Source: Candidatus Nanosynbacter lyticus
GTDB lineage: Bacteria; Patescibacteriota; Saccharimonadia; Saccharimonadales; Saccharimonadaceae
Direction of reading: 5' to 3'
Assembly: GCF_000803625.1 (NCBI RefSeq)
Contig: NZ_CP007496.1
Location: 630,001-662,000 of the forward strand
Length of the DNA stretch: 32,000 nucleotides
Shown: positions 10,199-20,480 of the stretch, piece by piece
How positions within the stretch are numbered: the stretch's first letter is position 1
Layout: each line of letters opens with the position of its first letter
Made by a program: the position numbers and the translations under genes
The notes under the pieces: model-generated
The model's input: only the letters and a program-made list of their open reading frames with translations
Told to the model about the DNA's origin: nothing
Database searches by the model: none

Positions 10199-11961
10199 TA
10201 CGCCGCTCCTTTCGCGGTCGTCGCCGACATTTTCTGCAGGTCATCTTCCGAAAGCTGGGAGGCGGCAATTTCTTGATAGACTTGGCAATTTTTCATCAAT
10301 TCCTGGTGCGTGCCTTGGCCAACAATTTTGCCCTCATCCAGCACGATGATTTTGTCAGCGTTTGTGATGGTGTTAATGCGCTGACCGACGATGAGTACGG
10401 TTTTGTGCTTGGTTTCTTTAGCCAGTGCCGAGCGTAATGTGGCGTCAGTTTTGAAATCCAGCGCCGAGAACGAATCATCAAAAATGTAGACATTCGGCTC
10501 CACAGCAATCGCCCGAGCAATCGACAAACGCTGCCGCTGACCGCCGGAAACATTGCTGCCGCCTTGAGCGATGTCATTTTTGTAACCGTTTTTTAGCTCG
10601 CCAATGAACTCGGTGGCTTGCGCGATTTTAGCGGATTTTTCGACCAATTTTTTACTAGCTTTGGCGTTGCCGTACTTGATATTGCTGGCAATCGTCCCGC
10701 TAAACAACACGCCTTTTTGCGGTACGTAGCCGATTTGATCGTACAAATCTTCCAGTTTAAGCTGGCGAATATCCACGCCGTCCAGCAAAATCTGCCCCGC
10801 TGACACATCGTAAAAGCGCGGGATCAAATTGATCAACGTTGATTTGCCGGAGCCAGTGCTGCCAATGAACGCTGTGGTTTGCCCTGGTTCGGCGGTGAAA
10901 TTGATACTTGAGAGTACCGGCAGATCAGCATCTGGATAAGTAAAGGTCACGTCTTTAAATTCGATTTTACCCGTAGCGTCATGCGGCAATTGCTGCGGCG
11001 ACGGCGGATCAACAATTGACGGCAGCGTGTCGAGCACCTCGCCCACCCGCTTTACCGATACGGCCGCCCGCGGCACCATGATAAACACCATCGACAACAG
11101 CAAGAACGAAATAATCACCTGCATAGCGTACTCCAAAAACGCCATCATATTACCAATTTGCAGATTGCCGCTACTGATCAAATGCGCGCCGAACCAGACA
11201 ATCGCCACGCTAGAAAAGTTCATCACCAGCGTCATGATTGGGTCAAGCAGCATCATAAGCCGATTGACAAATAAATTCATTTTATTCAGCTCGGTGTTGG
11301 CTTGCTGGAACTTTTTCTGCTCAATCTTTTCATTGTGAAAGGCACGAATGACTTTCAAACCCACCAGGTTTTCGCGCGTCACCAAATTGAGCTTATCCAC
11401 CAGCGTTTGCAATTTTTTGAACCGCGGCACGGCAATCACGAACAGCACGGCAATGACGACCAGCAGCACCGACACTGCCAGCGCAATAATCCAACTCAAA
11501 TCTGGCGCGTTGTGAACGGCTTTTTGCAGACCGCCAATTGCCATGATTGGCGCCATCAAGGCCAGGCGCAGTAGCAAGATTGACGTCATCTGAATTTGCT
11601 GAATATCGTTGGTCGAGCGAGTGATCAGCGAGGCGGTGGAAAATTTATTGAAATCCGCCAGCGCGAAACTCTCGACTCGCTCAAACAATTCTGTTCGTAA
11701 TTTTTGCGCCATACCAGTGGCAATCCGAGACGCCAAAAATCCAATGACAATTGAGCACAGTCCGCCCGCCGCCGTCACCAAAATCATCACTAGTCCGTTA
11801 TGCCAAATCGCTGGCATGTCTTGTTTGATGATGCCGTTATTAACGATTTCCGACATCTTGTCAGGCAGCCACAAATTTGCCATCACCATGGCGTAGGTAA
11901 AACAGACCAAGATGATAAACATCAGCCAATAGCCGCTAAAAATTCGTAAAATATGTTTCAT
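10198..11961 (-). CDS. ABC transporter, fused permease-ATPase, subunit 1
   Basis: Walker A GSTGSGKST, signature NVSGGQRQRLSIARA, YIFDDSFSALD. Abuts the 8201-10198 gene, consistent with a heterodimeric exporter. Confidence 0.92.
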   Translation of the reverse strand: MKHILRIFSGYWLMFIILVCFTYAMVMANLWLPDKMSEIVNNGIIKQDMPAIWHNGLVMILVTAAGGLCSIVIGFLASRIATGMAQKLRTELFERVESFALADFNKFSTASLITRSTNDIQQIQMTSILLLRLALMAPIMAIGGLQKAVHNAPDLSWIIALAVSVLLVVIAVLFVIAVPRFKKLQTLVDKLNLVTRENLVGLKVIRAFHNEKIEQKKFQQANTELNKMNLFVNRLMMLLDPIMTLVMNFSSVAIVWFGAHLISSGNLQIGNMMAFLEYAMQVIISFLLLSMVFIMVPRAAVSVKRVGEVLDTLPSIVDPPSPQQLPHDATGKIEFKDVTFTYPDADLPVLSSINFTAEPGQTTAFIGSTGSGKSTLINLIPRFYDVSAGQILLDGVDIRQLKLEDLYDQIGYVPQKGVLFSGTIASNIKYGNAKASKKLVEKSAKIAQATEFIGELKNGYKNDIAQGGSNVSGGQRQRLSIARAIAVEPNVYIFDDSFSALDFKTDATLRSALAKETKHKTVLIVGQRINTITNADKIIVLDEGKIVGQGTHQELMKNCQVYQEIAASQLSEDDLQKMSATTAKGAA

Positions 11962-12032
11962 AATTGTCCTTTTAGTACCTCAAATCCAGTCTCTATTTTA
12001 CCATAATACGCGACATCCGTCGCAGAGACTCA

Positions 12033-12062
12033 TTGGACAAAAGTATCAGCTGGACGTATACT
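12033..12062 (+). promoter_or_regulatory. Putative promoter for tRNA-Pro
   Basis: TTGGAC (12033-12038), 18-bp spacer, TATACT (12057-12062), 11 nt before the mature tRNA 5' end. Confidence 0.65.
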
Positions 12063-12073
12063 GTTTTTAGCGT

Positions 12074-12150
12074 CGGGGTGTGGCGCAGCTTGGTAGCGCG
12101 CACCGTTCGGGACGGTGAGGTCGTCCGTTCAAATCGGATCACCCCGACCA
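12074..12150 (+). tRNA. tRNA-Pro (anticodon CGG), CCA encoded
   Basis: Cloverleaf by eye: acceptor CGGGGTG/CACCCCG, D-stem GCGC/GCGC, anticodon stem CACCG/CGGTG with loop TTCGGGA, T-stem GTCCG/CGGAT, then ACCA. Confidence 0.93.
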
Positions 12151-12218
12151 TGGAAATTATTTGAAGCGCACGTTCACTAACTAGAACCTCTGGCTATAAG
12201 CAAAATAAAGGAGGTTTT

Positions 12219-12686
12219 ATGCAGCGGCGAGTTAATGTACGCGGAATTATTATTAACAACAAGGGTGAAATTTTTTGTCAAAAATTGACTGCAAATAACA
12301 GCAAAGGGCGTAATTTTTGGTGCACGCCAGGCGGCGGCTTGGAAATGGGCGAAAGCTTGCTCGACGGTCTACGCCGAGAAATGATTGAAGAAACGGGTAT
12401 CAAACCAGAAATCGGTAAGTTGTTATTTATACAACAATTCGCCGAATCGGGTGAGCAATCAGCGCATAGCCCGAACGAGCAATTGGAATTTTTCTTCCTT
12501 ATCACCAATTGGCAAGATTACCAGCACATTAACCTGGAGCAAACATCGCACGGCGTCGAGGAAGTGGCGGAATGCGGCTTTGTCGATCCGAAAACGACGC
12601 GAATTTTACCGAGTTATCTGACAGAGGTTGACCTGGACCAGCTAGTTAACAAATTGACAGAAGTTCCAGTTCTAAGCGAATTATAG
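12219..12686 (+). CDS. NUDIX hydrolase
   Basis: Nudix box GGGLEMGESLLDGLRREMIEETG. SD AAAGGAGG before ATG. Confidence 0.92.
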   Translation: MQRRVNVRGIIINNKGEIFCQKLTANNSKGRNFWCTPGGGLEMGESLLDGLRREMIEETGIKPEIGKLLFIQQFAESGEQSAHSPNEQLEFFFLITNWQDYQHINLEQTSHGVEEVAECGFVDPKTTRILPSYLTEVDLDQLVNKLTEVPVLSEL

Positions 12687-12700
12687 CGAGGTCACTCGGG

Positions 12701-13423
12701 CTATTTGGCGAAGAATTTTTTAGCGCGCTCGGTTTTCGGATGATCCATTACCTGGGCTGGCGTACCGTTTTCGATTATTTCGCCCTTGTCCAGAAAAATC
12801 ATCCGCGTGCCGACCTCGCGGGCAAATTTCATCTCGTGCGTCACGATCACCATCGTCATGCCTTTTTCAGCAACTTTGCGAATCACATCCAGAACTTCGC
12901 CAATCATTTCTGGATCCAGCGCTGAAGTTGGCTCGTCAAACAGCATAATTTTTGGCTCCATCGCCAGTGCTCGAGCGATGGCTACCCGCTGTTTTTGGCC
13001 GCCCGATAAACTACTTGGCAAAGCATCTGCCTTATCGAGCAGCCCGACATCATCCAGCAAACTTCGCGCTAATTTTGTAGATTTTTGATCAGAAAACTTA
13101 CGTAGTTTTTTAGGTGCTAATTTAATATTCTCAATCACGCTCAGATTCGGGAATAAATTAAATTGCTGAAAAACCATACCGATAGTTTGGCGCAAAGCAT
13201 TCAAATTGACATGCCGATCGGTAATCTTAACACCATCAACAACAATTTCGCCGGATGTCGGCTCTTCCAGTAGATTCAAGCAGCGTAAAAACGTCGACTT
13301 GCCGGAGCCGCTGGAGCCAACCACCACGACAATTTCACCCTCGTCAATTTCCACGTCAATATCGCGCAGCACGCGGTTGGTACCAAATGTTTTCTTCAAA
13401 TTCTTAACGCTGATTATCGTCAT
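12701..13423 (-). CDS. Polar amino acid ABC transporter ATP-binding protein (GlnQ/ArtP type)
   Basis: [68 protein letters not shown]. Confidence 0.94.
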   Translation of the reverse strand: MTIISVKNLKKTFGTNRVLRDIDVEIDEGEIVVVVGSSGSGKSTFLRCLNLLEEPTSGEIVVDGVKITDRHVNLNALRQTIGMVFQQFNLFPNLSVIENIKLAPKKLRKFSDQKSTKLARSLLDDVGLLDKADALPSSLSGGQKQRVAIARALAMEPKIMLFDEPTSALDPEMIGEVLDVIRKVAEKGMTMVIVTHEMKFAREVGTRMIFLDKGEIIENGTPAQVMDHPKTERAKKFFAK

Positions 13424-14114
13424 GCTTCAACTTCCTTTCTACTCGTGCCATTACTCGTGTAAAAATCGCCGTCAAAATTAAATACATTGCCGCAGCAGCA
13501 AATAACGATTGAAAAGCTGTCGCTGTCTGGAAGCGAATATTGTCAGCGCCACGCATAATATCATTCAAGCCAATCCAGCCAACCACCGACGTTTCCTTTA
13601 ATAAAGCAATAAATTCGCTAATCAATGCTGGTAACGAATTTCTCATCGCTTGCGGTAAAATAACCAGCCGCATAGCTTGCCAATTGCTCAGACCCAGCGA
13701 CCGCGCTGCCTCCATTTGCCCCTTATCAATACTCTGGATACCACCACGAATAATCTCAGCAATGTACGCACCGCTGTTAATACCGAACGCCACCGCTGCC
13801 ACAAAAATCTTCGGCATAAATTGATACGAGCCAAACACCACGTAATACATAATTAACAATTGCACTAACAATGGCGTGCCGCGAATAATATCAACGTAAA
13901 GTTTCCCCAAGCCAGCCAGTGGATTAAATTTGGCAAGCTTCCCCGATTTCATCCTGCCAAATGGATGAAAATTCGACGTACACATCAGGGCGATAATTAT
14001 GCCAATTATTGAACCCAAAATAAGCGCTAAAACGGTTAAAACCAACGTTACTTCCAGACCGTGCCATAAAAACAACCAACGATCACCACCAAAAATTACC
14101 TCCCAAAAGTTCAC
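13404..14114 (-). CDS. Polar amino acid ABC transporter permease
   Basis: HisM/GlnP-like EAA region: [45 protein letters not shown]. Confidence 0.94.
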   Translation of the reverse strand: MNFWEVIFGGDRWLFLWHGLEVTLVLTVLALILGSIIGIIIALMCTSNFHPFGRMKSGKLAKFNPLAGLGKLYVDIIRGTPLLVQLLIMYYVVFGSYQFMPKIFVAAVAFGINSGAYIAEIIRGGIQSIDKGQMEAARSLGLSNWQAMRLVILPQAMRNSLPALISEFIALLKETSVVGWIGLNDIMRGADNIRFQTATAFQSLFAAAAMYLILTAIFTRVMARVERKLKHDDNQR

Positions 14115-14902
14115 GACTTTACCTCCTCGCCAAAATATTTGCGAATTAATTTGTCGTAACGGCCGTCTTGTTTCATCTTAACAATTTCTTTATTAACCTT
14201 CTCTAGCAAATCCGTATTGTCTTTTTTAATGGCAATGGCATAGCTTTCGTTGCTAAGCGCGCCCGGCAAAATTTCCAAATCAGGAAAACCAGCCGTGTAC
14301 TGCTTGGCGGGAGCATCGTCCAGAATGACCGCCTCGATTTTCCCAGCACTTAGCTCCTGCAAAACGCTAGGCGCAGTCTGAAATTGAGTAACCGAGGCGC
14401 CAGCAATTTTTGATGCCAATGTGTCGCCAGTCGTACCCAGCTGCACACCTATTTTCCGCCCCGAAAGCTGATGCTTATTACGAATCGGACTACCCTTCTT
14501 AACAATTATGCGCTGCGACGCCGAATAATACGGCTCGGAAAATAATGCGTTTTTCGCCCGCTCCGGCGTTACCGTCATACCTGCTGCCACCATGTCAATT
14601 TGCCCACTGTCTAACGCCGGCAATAGCCCGTCAAATGACATGTCTTCAATTTTCAACTCTTTGCCCATACTTTTGGCAATTTCCCGCGCCAAATCAACAT
14701 CAAAGCCAACAATTTCATTATTATCAATATACTCAAACGGCTTAAAGCCAGCATTCGTCCCCATCACCAGCACATCAGTTTTCGAGCCAATCACGCCGTC
14801 GCGCTGCAAAATATCGCCCAGCATCAAGCAGATCATTCCAGCAAATAAAGCCAGTCCAATCCACCAACTAATCCCAAATGTACGCGCTTTATTCTTGCTC
14901 AT
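14111..14902 (-). CDS. Polar amino acid ABC transporter substrate-binding protein
   Basis: MGTNAGFKPFEYIDNNEIVGFDVDLAREIAKSMG...DMVAAGMTVTPERAKNALFSEPYY. Start at ATG 14902 (MSKNKARTFG) rather than the 14977 ORF start; 4-nt overlap with the permease gene. Confidence 0.92.
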   Translation of the reverse strand: MSKNKARTFGISWWIGLALFAGMICLMLGDILQRDGVIGSKTDVLVMGTNAGFKPFEYIDNNEIVGFDVDLAREIAKSMGKELKIEDMSFDGLLPALDSGQIDMVAAGMTVTPERAKNALFSEPYYSASQRIIVKKGSPIRNKHQLSGRKIGVQLGTTGDTLASKIAGASVTQFQTAPSVLQELSAGKIEAVILDDAPAKQYTAGFPDLEILPGALSNESYAIAIKKDNTDLLEKVNKEIVKMKQDGRYDKLIRKYFGEEVKS

Positions 14903-14954
14903 GCTTTTATTATAACCCTTTCTCCCTAAAAAACGTAAGTGATATAATGTAGCA

Positions 14955-16520
14955 GTGAAAAGAATTAAATTTACCAAGCGCTTCTGGGCGAAATTGATAT
15001 CAATTACCTTACTCTTTTTGGCAGCATTCTTCTTAATTGCGGCACGTTATAAATCGGTTGTCTTTAAAGACTCGCAGATTGATGAGATAATTTTCTATTT
15101 TGTCAACGGACTAGCCGGCGGTAAATCTGACAATTTATGGTCGGCCGTCCTGCAAAACCTACCCCTAGTTTTCTTACTATTCGGCATACTTCTCATCCCA
15201 GTTTCAAAAAAAACCGTTACCTACCTTAATCATGGAATTACATTTTGCCTTGATAAAATTAAATCATCAAGAAAAATCATCCTGCCATTTTTGAGATTAA
15301 AATACGCTTTAATTTATTCACTAACTATGTTTTTAATCTCACTCACACTACTCATTCAAAGCTTCGGTATTCCTGGCTATATTTACGCTCTAACTCAATC
15401 AACCAAACTATACGAAGAAAATTATGTTAACCCAAAAACCGCCAAATTAACCTTTCCTGATGAAAAACGCAATTTGATATATATCTATCTGGAATCGATG
15501 GAAAACACCCTAGCCTCAAAAGCCAATGGCGGCAGCGCTGACGTCTCTGTTATTCCGGAGCTAGAAGAATTGGCTCTGAAAAATACCTCATTTTCAAATA
15601 AGGCTTCTGGTCTAGGCGGTGCCTTACCAGCAACAAACACTGGCTGGACTGTCGCGGGCATGGCCGCCCAATCAGCTGGCGTTCCTCTAAAAGAAACTTT
15701 AGTTGGCGGACGCGACCATAACTCGCTAGGTGAGTTTAAGAAGTTTCTGCCGGGCGCCTATAGCCTAGGCGAAATCCTCCAAAAACAAGGTTATAATCAA
15801 ACATTTATCATGGGATCTGAGGCAAGTTTCGGCGGACGCGATAAACTACTCACACAACACGGTAATTTTACTATTCAGGATTATAATTACGCCAAACAGC
15901 ATGGTCAAATTACTGGCGATTATAAAGTTTGGTGGGGTTATGAGGATAAAAAATTATTCCAGTTTGCCCGCGAAGAAGCCTCACGTCTGGCTTCGTCAGA
16001 CAAGCCCTTTAATTTACAGCTGCTGACTGCTGACACGCATTTTACCGACGGCTATCTGGACGAAAATTGTGCTAAAAATTTTAATAATCAATACGATAAC
16101 GTCCACGCCTGCTCGTCCAAACAAGTGGCAGAATTCGTCAAATGGGTACAGTCTCAGCCTTTTTATAAAAATACTACAATTATAATTTCTGGCGACCACT
16201 TGGGTATGCAAACATCGTACTACGACGAAAAAACCGCCGGCACCAATTATCAGCGAACAATTTATAATGCGTTTATCAATCCAGCTACAACCACTGATCG
16301 TACAAGAAACCGCCGCTTTACGACCTTTGACATGTACCCATCAACCTTGGCGGCACTGGGTGTAAAAGTTGACGGCGAACGATTGGGACTGGGCACAAAT
16401 TTATTCTCTATTAAAGAAACTCTGGCCGAGCAATACGGTGGAATTGAAAATCTGAACGCCGAGCTCGCCAAACGTTCAGATTATTACGAAAAGAAGATTT
16501 TTACCAAATCTGGCAATTAA
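14955..16520 (+). CDS. LtaS/MdoB-like membrane-anchored sulfatase-family phosphoglycerol/phosphoethanolamine transferase
   Basis: N-terminal TM helices, then RNLIYIYLESMENTLASK, AAQSAGVPL, ADTHFTDGYLD, TTIIISGDHLGMQTSYYDE. GTG start. Confidence 0.85.
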   Translation: MKRIKFTKRFWAKLISITLLFLAAFFLIAARYKSVVFKDSQIDEIIFYFVNGLAGGKSDNLWSAVLQNLPLVFLLFGILLIPVSKKTVTYLNHGITFCLDKIKSSRKIILPFLRLKYALIYSLTMFLISLTLLIQSFGIPGYIYALTQSTKLYEENYVNPKTAKLTFPDEKRNLIYIYLESMENTLASKANGGSADVSVIPELEELALKNTSFSNKASGLGGALPATNTGWTVAGMAAQSAGVPLKETLVGGRDHNSLGEFKKFLPGAYSLGEILQKQGYNQTFIMGSEASFGGRDKLLTQHGNFTIQDYNYAKQHGQITGDYKVWWGYEDKKLFQFAREEASRLASSDKPFNLQLLTADTHFTDGYLDENCAKNFNNQYDNVHACSSKQVAEFVKWVQSQPFYKNTTIIISGDHLGMQTSYYDEKTAGTNYQRTIYNAFINPATTTDRTRNRRFTTFDMYPSTLAALGVKVDGERLGLGTNLFSIKETLAEQYGGIENLNAELAKRSDYYEKKIFTKSGN

Positions 16521-17530
16521 CTATTGTAGCCGCTCGGGTTGTTGCTCTGCCAATTCCAGGCATCCCGACAAGCTTCTTCGATAGTTAATTCCGCTCGCCA
16601 ACCTAGATCTTTTTCTGCCAAACTTGGATCAGCATAACATGCAGCGATGTCGCCCGGCCGGCGCGGCGTGATTTGGTATGGGACTTCCCGGCCCGACGCT
16701 GTTTCAAACGCTTTTACCAATTCCAACACTGACGTACCGCGGCCAGTGCCGATGTTATAAACCTTATATTCATCCGGCTCGCCCAAACGTTCCAGCGCCG
16801 CCACATGTGCCCGCGCCAAATCAACCACGTGAATATAATCACGCACACCCGTGCCATCCGGCGTATCATAATCATCGCCAAATACACTCAAGTGGTCGCG
16901 CTTGCCGACTGCCACCTGCGACACAAACGGCAGCAAATTATTCGGAATGCCCGACGGATCTTCGCCGATACGGCCGCTCAGATGAGCGCCAACGGGATTG
17001 AAATAGCGTAGTGAGGTAAACTGCCAGCCCTGCTTGGTCGCCGCCACGTCGCGCAGAATTTGCTCAATCATCAGCTTGGTTTGTCCGTACGGATTAGTCG
17101 CCGACAGCGGCATATCCTCGGTAATCGGCAGCCGCGCTGGGTCGCCGTACACCGTTGCTGAGCTGGAAAAGACCAACTTTTTCACATCAAATTCCTGCAT
17201 GACATCCAGTAGTGTCAATGTGCTCTCTAGGTTATTCTGGTAGTAGAGCAGCGCTTTTTCCACCGACTCACCGACAGCTTTCAGGCCCGCAAAATGAATC
17301 GCTGCGTCAATCGTCTCAGACTTAAATAACTCCACCAGCCGCGCTCGATCACAGAGATCAAACTCATAAAACGGTACAGACTGGCCGGTAATTTTCTCAA
17401 CCCGACGCAGGCTCTCAGCCGATGAATTTGATAAATTGTCGACCACCACCACGCCGTGTCCCGAGGCCAGCAGTTCAATGATAGTGTGGCTGCCGATATA
17501 CCCAGCACCGCCAGTAACGAGAATATTCAT
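16517..17530 (-). CDS. galE: UDP-glucose 4-epimerase
   Basis: MNILVTGGAGYIGSHT, SSSATVYGDP, NPYGQTKLMIE, YFNPVGAH, TGVRDYIHVVDLA, YNIGTGRGTSVLE. Confidence 0.95.
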   Translation of the reverse strand: MNILVTGGAGYIGSHTIIELLASGHGVVVVDNLSNSSAESLRRVEKITGQSVPFYEFDLCDRARLVELFKSETIDAAIHFAGLKAVGESVEKALLYYQNNLESTLTLLDVMQEFDVKKLVFSSSATVYGDPARLPITEDMPLSATNPYGQTKLMIEQILRDVAATKQGWQFTSLRYFNPVGAHLSGRIGEDPSGIPNNLLPFVSQVAVGKRDHLSVFGDDYDTPDGTGVRDYIHVVDLARAHVAALERLGEPDEYKVYNIGTGRGTSVLELVKAFETASGREVPYQITPRRPGDIAACYADPSLAEKDLGWRAELTIEEACRDAWNWQSNNPSGYNS

Positions 17531-17605
17531 GAAGTACCCCTTTCACTGTGATTCTAGTTAGTATTATATCAGATATAACCTTCATCAATAGGCAAATTTT
17601 TCCAT

Positions 17606-17632
17606 TTAGCACTCTTGCGCTGAGAGTGCTAA
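17606..17632 (+). promoter_or_regulatory. CIRCE element (HrcA operator)
   Basis: TTAGCACTC-TTGCGCTGA-GAGTGCTAA: perfect 9-bp inverted repeat with a 9-nt spacer, matching the CIRCE consensus, upstream of a Clp chaperone gene. Confidence 0.96.
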
Positions 17633-17643
17633 TTTGCTATGAT
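17615..17643 (+). promoter_or_regulatory. Putative clpB promoter overlapping CIRCE
   Basis: TTGCGC (17615-17620), 17-bp spacer, TATGAT (17638-17643), with TGC immediately before the -10 (extended -10). Confidence 0.65.
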
Positions 17644-17725
17644 AGTTATATCAATTATCCCCGCTCTGATTCTCGTCGTGGCGTAATAATTTAGGCAATG
17701 AACAGCCAAAGAAAAAGGAGGACCT

Positions 17726-19870
17726 ATGCCACCAAATATGCAAGAAGAATTACAGCAGCCACTGGAAAAATTCGGCACCGATATTACGGCGCTCGCCAAG
17801 GAAAATAAACTTGATCCGGTCATCGGCCGGGATGAGGAAATTCGCCGCACTATGCAAATCCTCAGCCGGCGCACCAAAAATAATCCAGTCCTCATCGGCG
17901 AACCAGGCGTTGGTAAAACCGCCATCGTCGAGGCCCTGGCGCAACGCATTGTCAAAGGTAACGTACCGGCGTCGCTAAAAGACAAGCGGCTGATTTCCTT
18001 GGAAATTTCTAGTTTATTGGCTGGAGCGAGCTTTCGCGGTCAATTTGAAGAGCGCTTAAAAGCAATTTTGAAAGAAGTTGAAGAAGCCGCCGGCGAAATT
18101 ATTTTGTTTGTTGATGAAATTCACACCATGGTCGGCGCCGGCAAAACCGAAGGCAGCATGGACGCCGGCAATATGCTCAAACCCGCCCTAGCGCGCGGTA
18201 AGCTACACATGATTGGCGCGACAACCTTGGCGGAGTATCGCCAGCATGTCGAGAAAGACGCGGCCCTAGAGCGGCGCTTCCAGCCGGTCTATGTCGGCGA
18301 GCCAAGTTTTGACGACACCGTGGCAATTTTGCGCGGCTTGAAAGAAAAATACGAGGTGCATCACGGCGTTAAAATCTCTGACGATGCCATCGTGGCGGCG
18401 GCGCGGCTGTCCACTCGCTACCTGCCCGACCGCTTTTTACCTGACAAGGCCGTTGACCTCCTGGATGAAGCCACCAGCGCTCTGAAGATGCAGCTGGAGA
18501 GCGTGCCAATTGCCCTGGACCGGCTGAATAACCGCCGCTTGCAGCTGGAGATTGAAGAAGCGGCGCTGAAAAAAGACAAATCCGACCACGCCAAGGCCCG
18601 CACAGAGGAAATTAAGCAACAAATCGCCGACCTTCGGGCTCAGGCCGAGGTGATTGACAATAAATGGCAGCACGAAAAAGACATTCTCCAGATCGTCAAT
18701 ACCGCCACTGAAAAAATGGATAGTCTACGCTCACAACTGGAAATCGCCGAACGCGACGCGGATCTCGCCACCGCTAGCCGCATCAAATACGGCGACCTAC
18801 CAGAGCTGGAGAAAAAGCTGGCTGCCGCTCGCCAGGAACTAGCGGCCATCCCACCGACCGACCGCCTACTGCGCGAAGAAGTCACCCCTGACGACATTGC
18901 CAGCGTGGTGGCGCGCTGGACGGGCATCCCCGTGGAGCGGCTGATTGAGACCGAATCCAGCAAATTGACTAAACTAGAGGAGCATATTAGCACCCAAGTA
19001 ATTGGTCAAGACAAGGCTATCGCCGCCGTGGCCAGTGCCATTCGCCGTTCACGTGCTGGCCTCAGTGATACCAACCGACCAATCGGCTCCTTCCTCTTCC
19101 TCGGCCCCACCGGTGTGGGTAAAACAGAGGTGGCCCGCAGCCTGTGCCGTGAATTATTTGACGACGAACACGCCATGATTCGCATCGATATGAGTGAATA
19201 TATGGAGCGGCACGCCGTGGCCCGCCTGATTGGCTCGCCGCCAGGCTACGTGGGCTACGACCAAGGCGGCCAACTCACCGAAGCCGTCCGTCGCCGCCCC
19301 TACAGCGTGGTGCTGTTTGATGAAATCGAAAAGGCCCATGCCGACGTCTTCAATGTACTCCTTCAGGTGCTCGACGATGGCCGCCTGACTGATGGCCAGG
19401 GACGAACAGTCGATTTTTCCAACACAGTCATCATCATGACCAGCAATATCGGCTCGCAGGCGATTATGGACTTTGCTGGCGACGATTTGTCAGCGCTGGA
19501 TAATCAAATGCTTGATGTCCTCAGACAACATTTCCGCCCAGAATTCCTCAACCGCATCGACGATATCGTGATTTTTGACCGCATTCGACCAGAGGCCATG
19601 CGAGCAATTGTCGATGTCCAGCTGAAACGCGTCGCCCGCCAAGTCAAAGACAGCCGCGACATTATGCTCGAGTTTGACGATAGCGTCCGCGAGATGCTAG
19701 CACGCAACGGTTACGACCCGGCCTTTGGCGCCCGCCCGCTCAAGCGCTTGATACAAAAACGGGTGCTTGATCCGCTAGCACTGGAACTGATTGACGGACG
19801 AATTCACGATGGCGAGACTGTAAGAGTTGATGTTGTTGATGGTCGAATCACTTTTACAAATAGCGTATAA
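17726..19870 (+). CDS. clpB: ClpB-type AAA+ disaggregase lacking the N-terminal domain
   Basis: Two AAA modules ([17 protein letters not shown]; [14 protein letters not shown]), ClpB-type coiled-coil middle domain, [10 protein letters not shown]. Begins directly at [13 protein letters not shown]. Strong SD AAAGGAGG. Confidence 0.93.
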   Translation: MPPNMQEELQQPLEKFGTDITALAKENKLDPVIGRDEEIRRTMQILSRRTKNNPVLIGEPGVGKTAIVEALAQRIVKGNVPASLKDKRLISLEISSLLAGASFRGQFEERLKAILKEVEEAAGEIILFVDEIHTMVGAGKTEGSMDAGNMLKPALARGKLHMIGATTLAEYRQHVEKDAALERRFQPVYVGEPSFDDTVAILRGLKEKYEVHHGVKISDDAIVAAARLSTRYLPDRFLPDKAVDLLDEATSALKMQLESVPIALDRLNNRRLQLEIEEAALKKDKSDHAKARTEEIKQQIADLRAQAEVIDNKWQHEKDILQIVNTATEKMDSLRSQLEIAERDADLATASRIKYGDLPELEKKLAAARQELAAIPPTDRLLREEVTPDDIASVVARWTGIPVERLIETESSKLTKLEEHISTQVIGQDKAIAAVASAIRRSRAGLSDTNRPIGSFLFLGPTGVGKTEVARSLCRELFDDEHAMIRIDMSEYMERHAVARLIGSPPGYVGYDQGGQLTEAVRRRPYSVVLFDEIEKAHADVFNVLLQVLDDGRLTDGQGRTVDFSNTVIIMTSNIGSQAIMDFAGDDLSALDNQMLDVLRQHFRPEFLNRIDDIVIFDRIRPEAMRAIVDVQLKRVARQVKDSRDIMLEFDDSVREMLARNGYDPAFGARPLKRLIQKRVLDPLALELIDGRIHDGETVRVDVVDGRITFTNSV

Positions 19871-19877
19871 TACATAC

Positions 19878-20480
19878 ATGGATCAACTCCACTACAAGCA
19901 GGAACAGATTAAATCAGCGTCTTTTGGGATTAGCAGATTACTTCTTATACCCCAATATTTCCTACTAGCAGCTGTTACTTCGCTGATCTTTGCGCTAGTA
20001 ATTTTCTTTGCTATTAACGCTAATTTTTACGGACCGCTCATGATGTCGCAACTACCGTTTTTAGATAAAATAGCCTTGCTAGGTGATATGCTATCCGACA
20101 TCTTCACGCAGGGTTTTACTTCAATAAACGGTGCCTTACTAATCGTCGTTTCAGTCCTTCAAGGAATATCAATTGCTGCTGTAATTTTTACAGCAAAAAA
20201 GAATAAAGTTGAGGAAAAAACCGTTACCCGCCAAGTCGGACTCAGCGGCATTGCGTCAGTTGCTGCCGCAATCGGTCTGGGCTGCGTCCCCTGTGGCACG
20301 TCCATTATTCTGCCAATTATTGCAATATTTTTTTCGGGAGCCGCCGCAGCTACCGCCGCCAATATTGCTAGTACGATAGTTTTGACATTAGCTCTTTTGT
20401 TGAGCGTATTCTCATTATATAAATCTGGAAAAATTGTTTTTATGTACACAGAATTAGCTAAACAGGAGAAAGAGTCATGA
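19878..20480 (+). CDS. Uncharacterised multi-pass membrane protein with CVPCGTS motif
   Basis: Several hydrophobic segments; SVAAAIGLGCVPCGTSIILPIIAIFFSGAAAA. Overlaps the dsbA-like gene. ATG 19878 preferred over the TTG at 19827. Confidence 0.6.
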   Translation: MDQLHYKQEQIKSASFGISRLLLIPQYFLLAAVTSLIFALVIFFAINANFYGPLMMSQLPFLDKIALLGDMLSDIFTQGFTSINGALLIVVSVLQGISIAAVIFTAKKNKVEEKTVTRQVGLSGIASVAAAIGLGCVPCGTSIILPIIAIFFSGAAAATAANIASTIVLTLALLLSVFSLYKSGKIVFMYTELAKQEKES

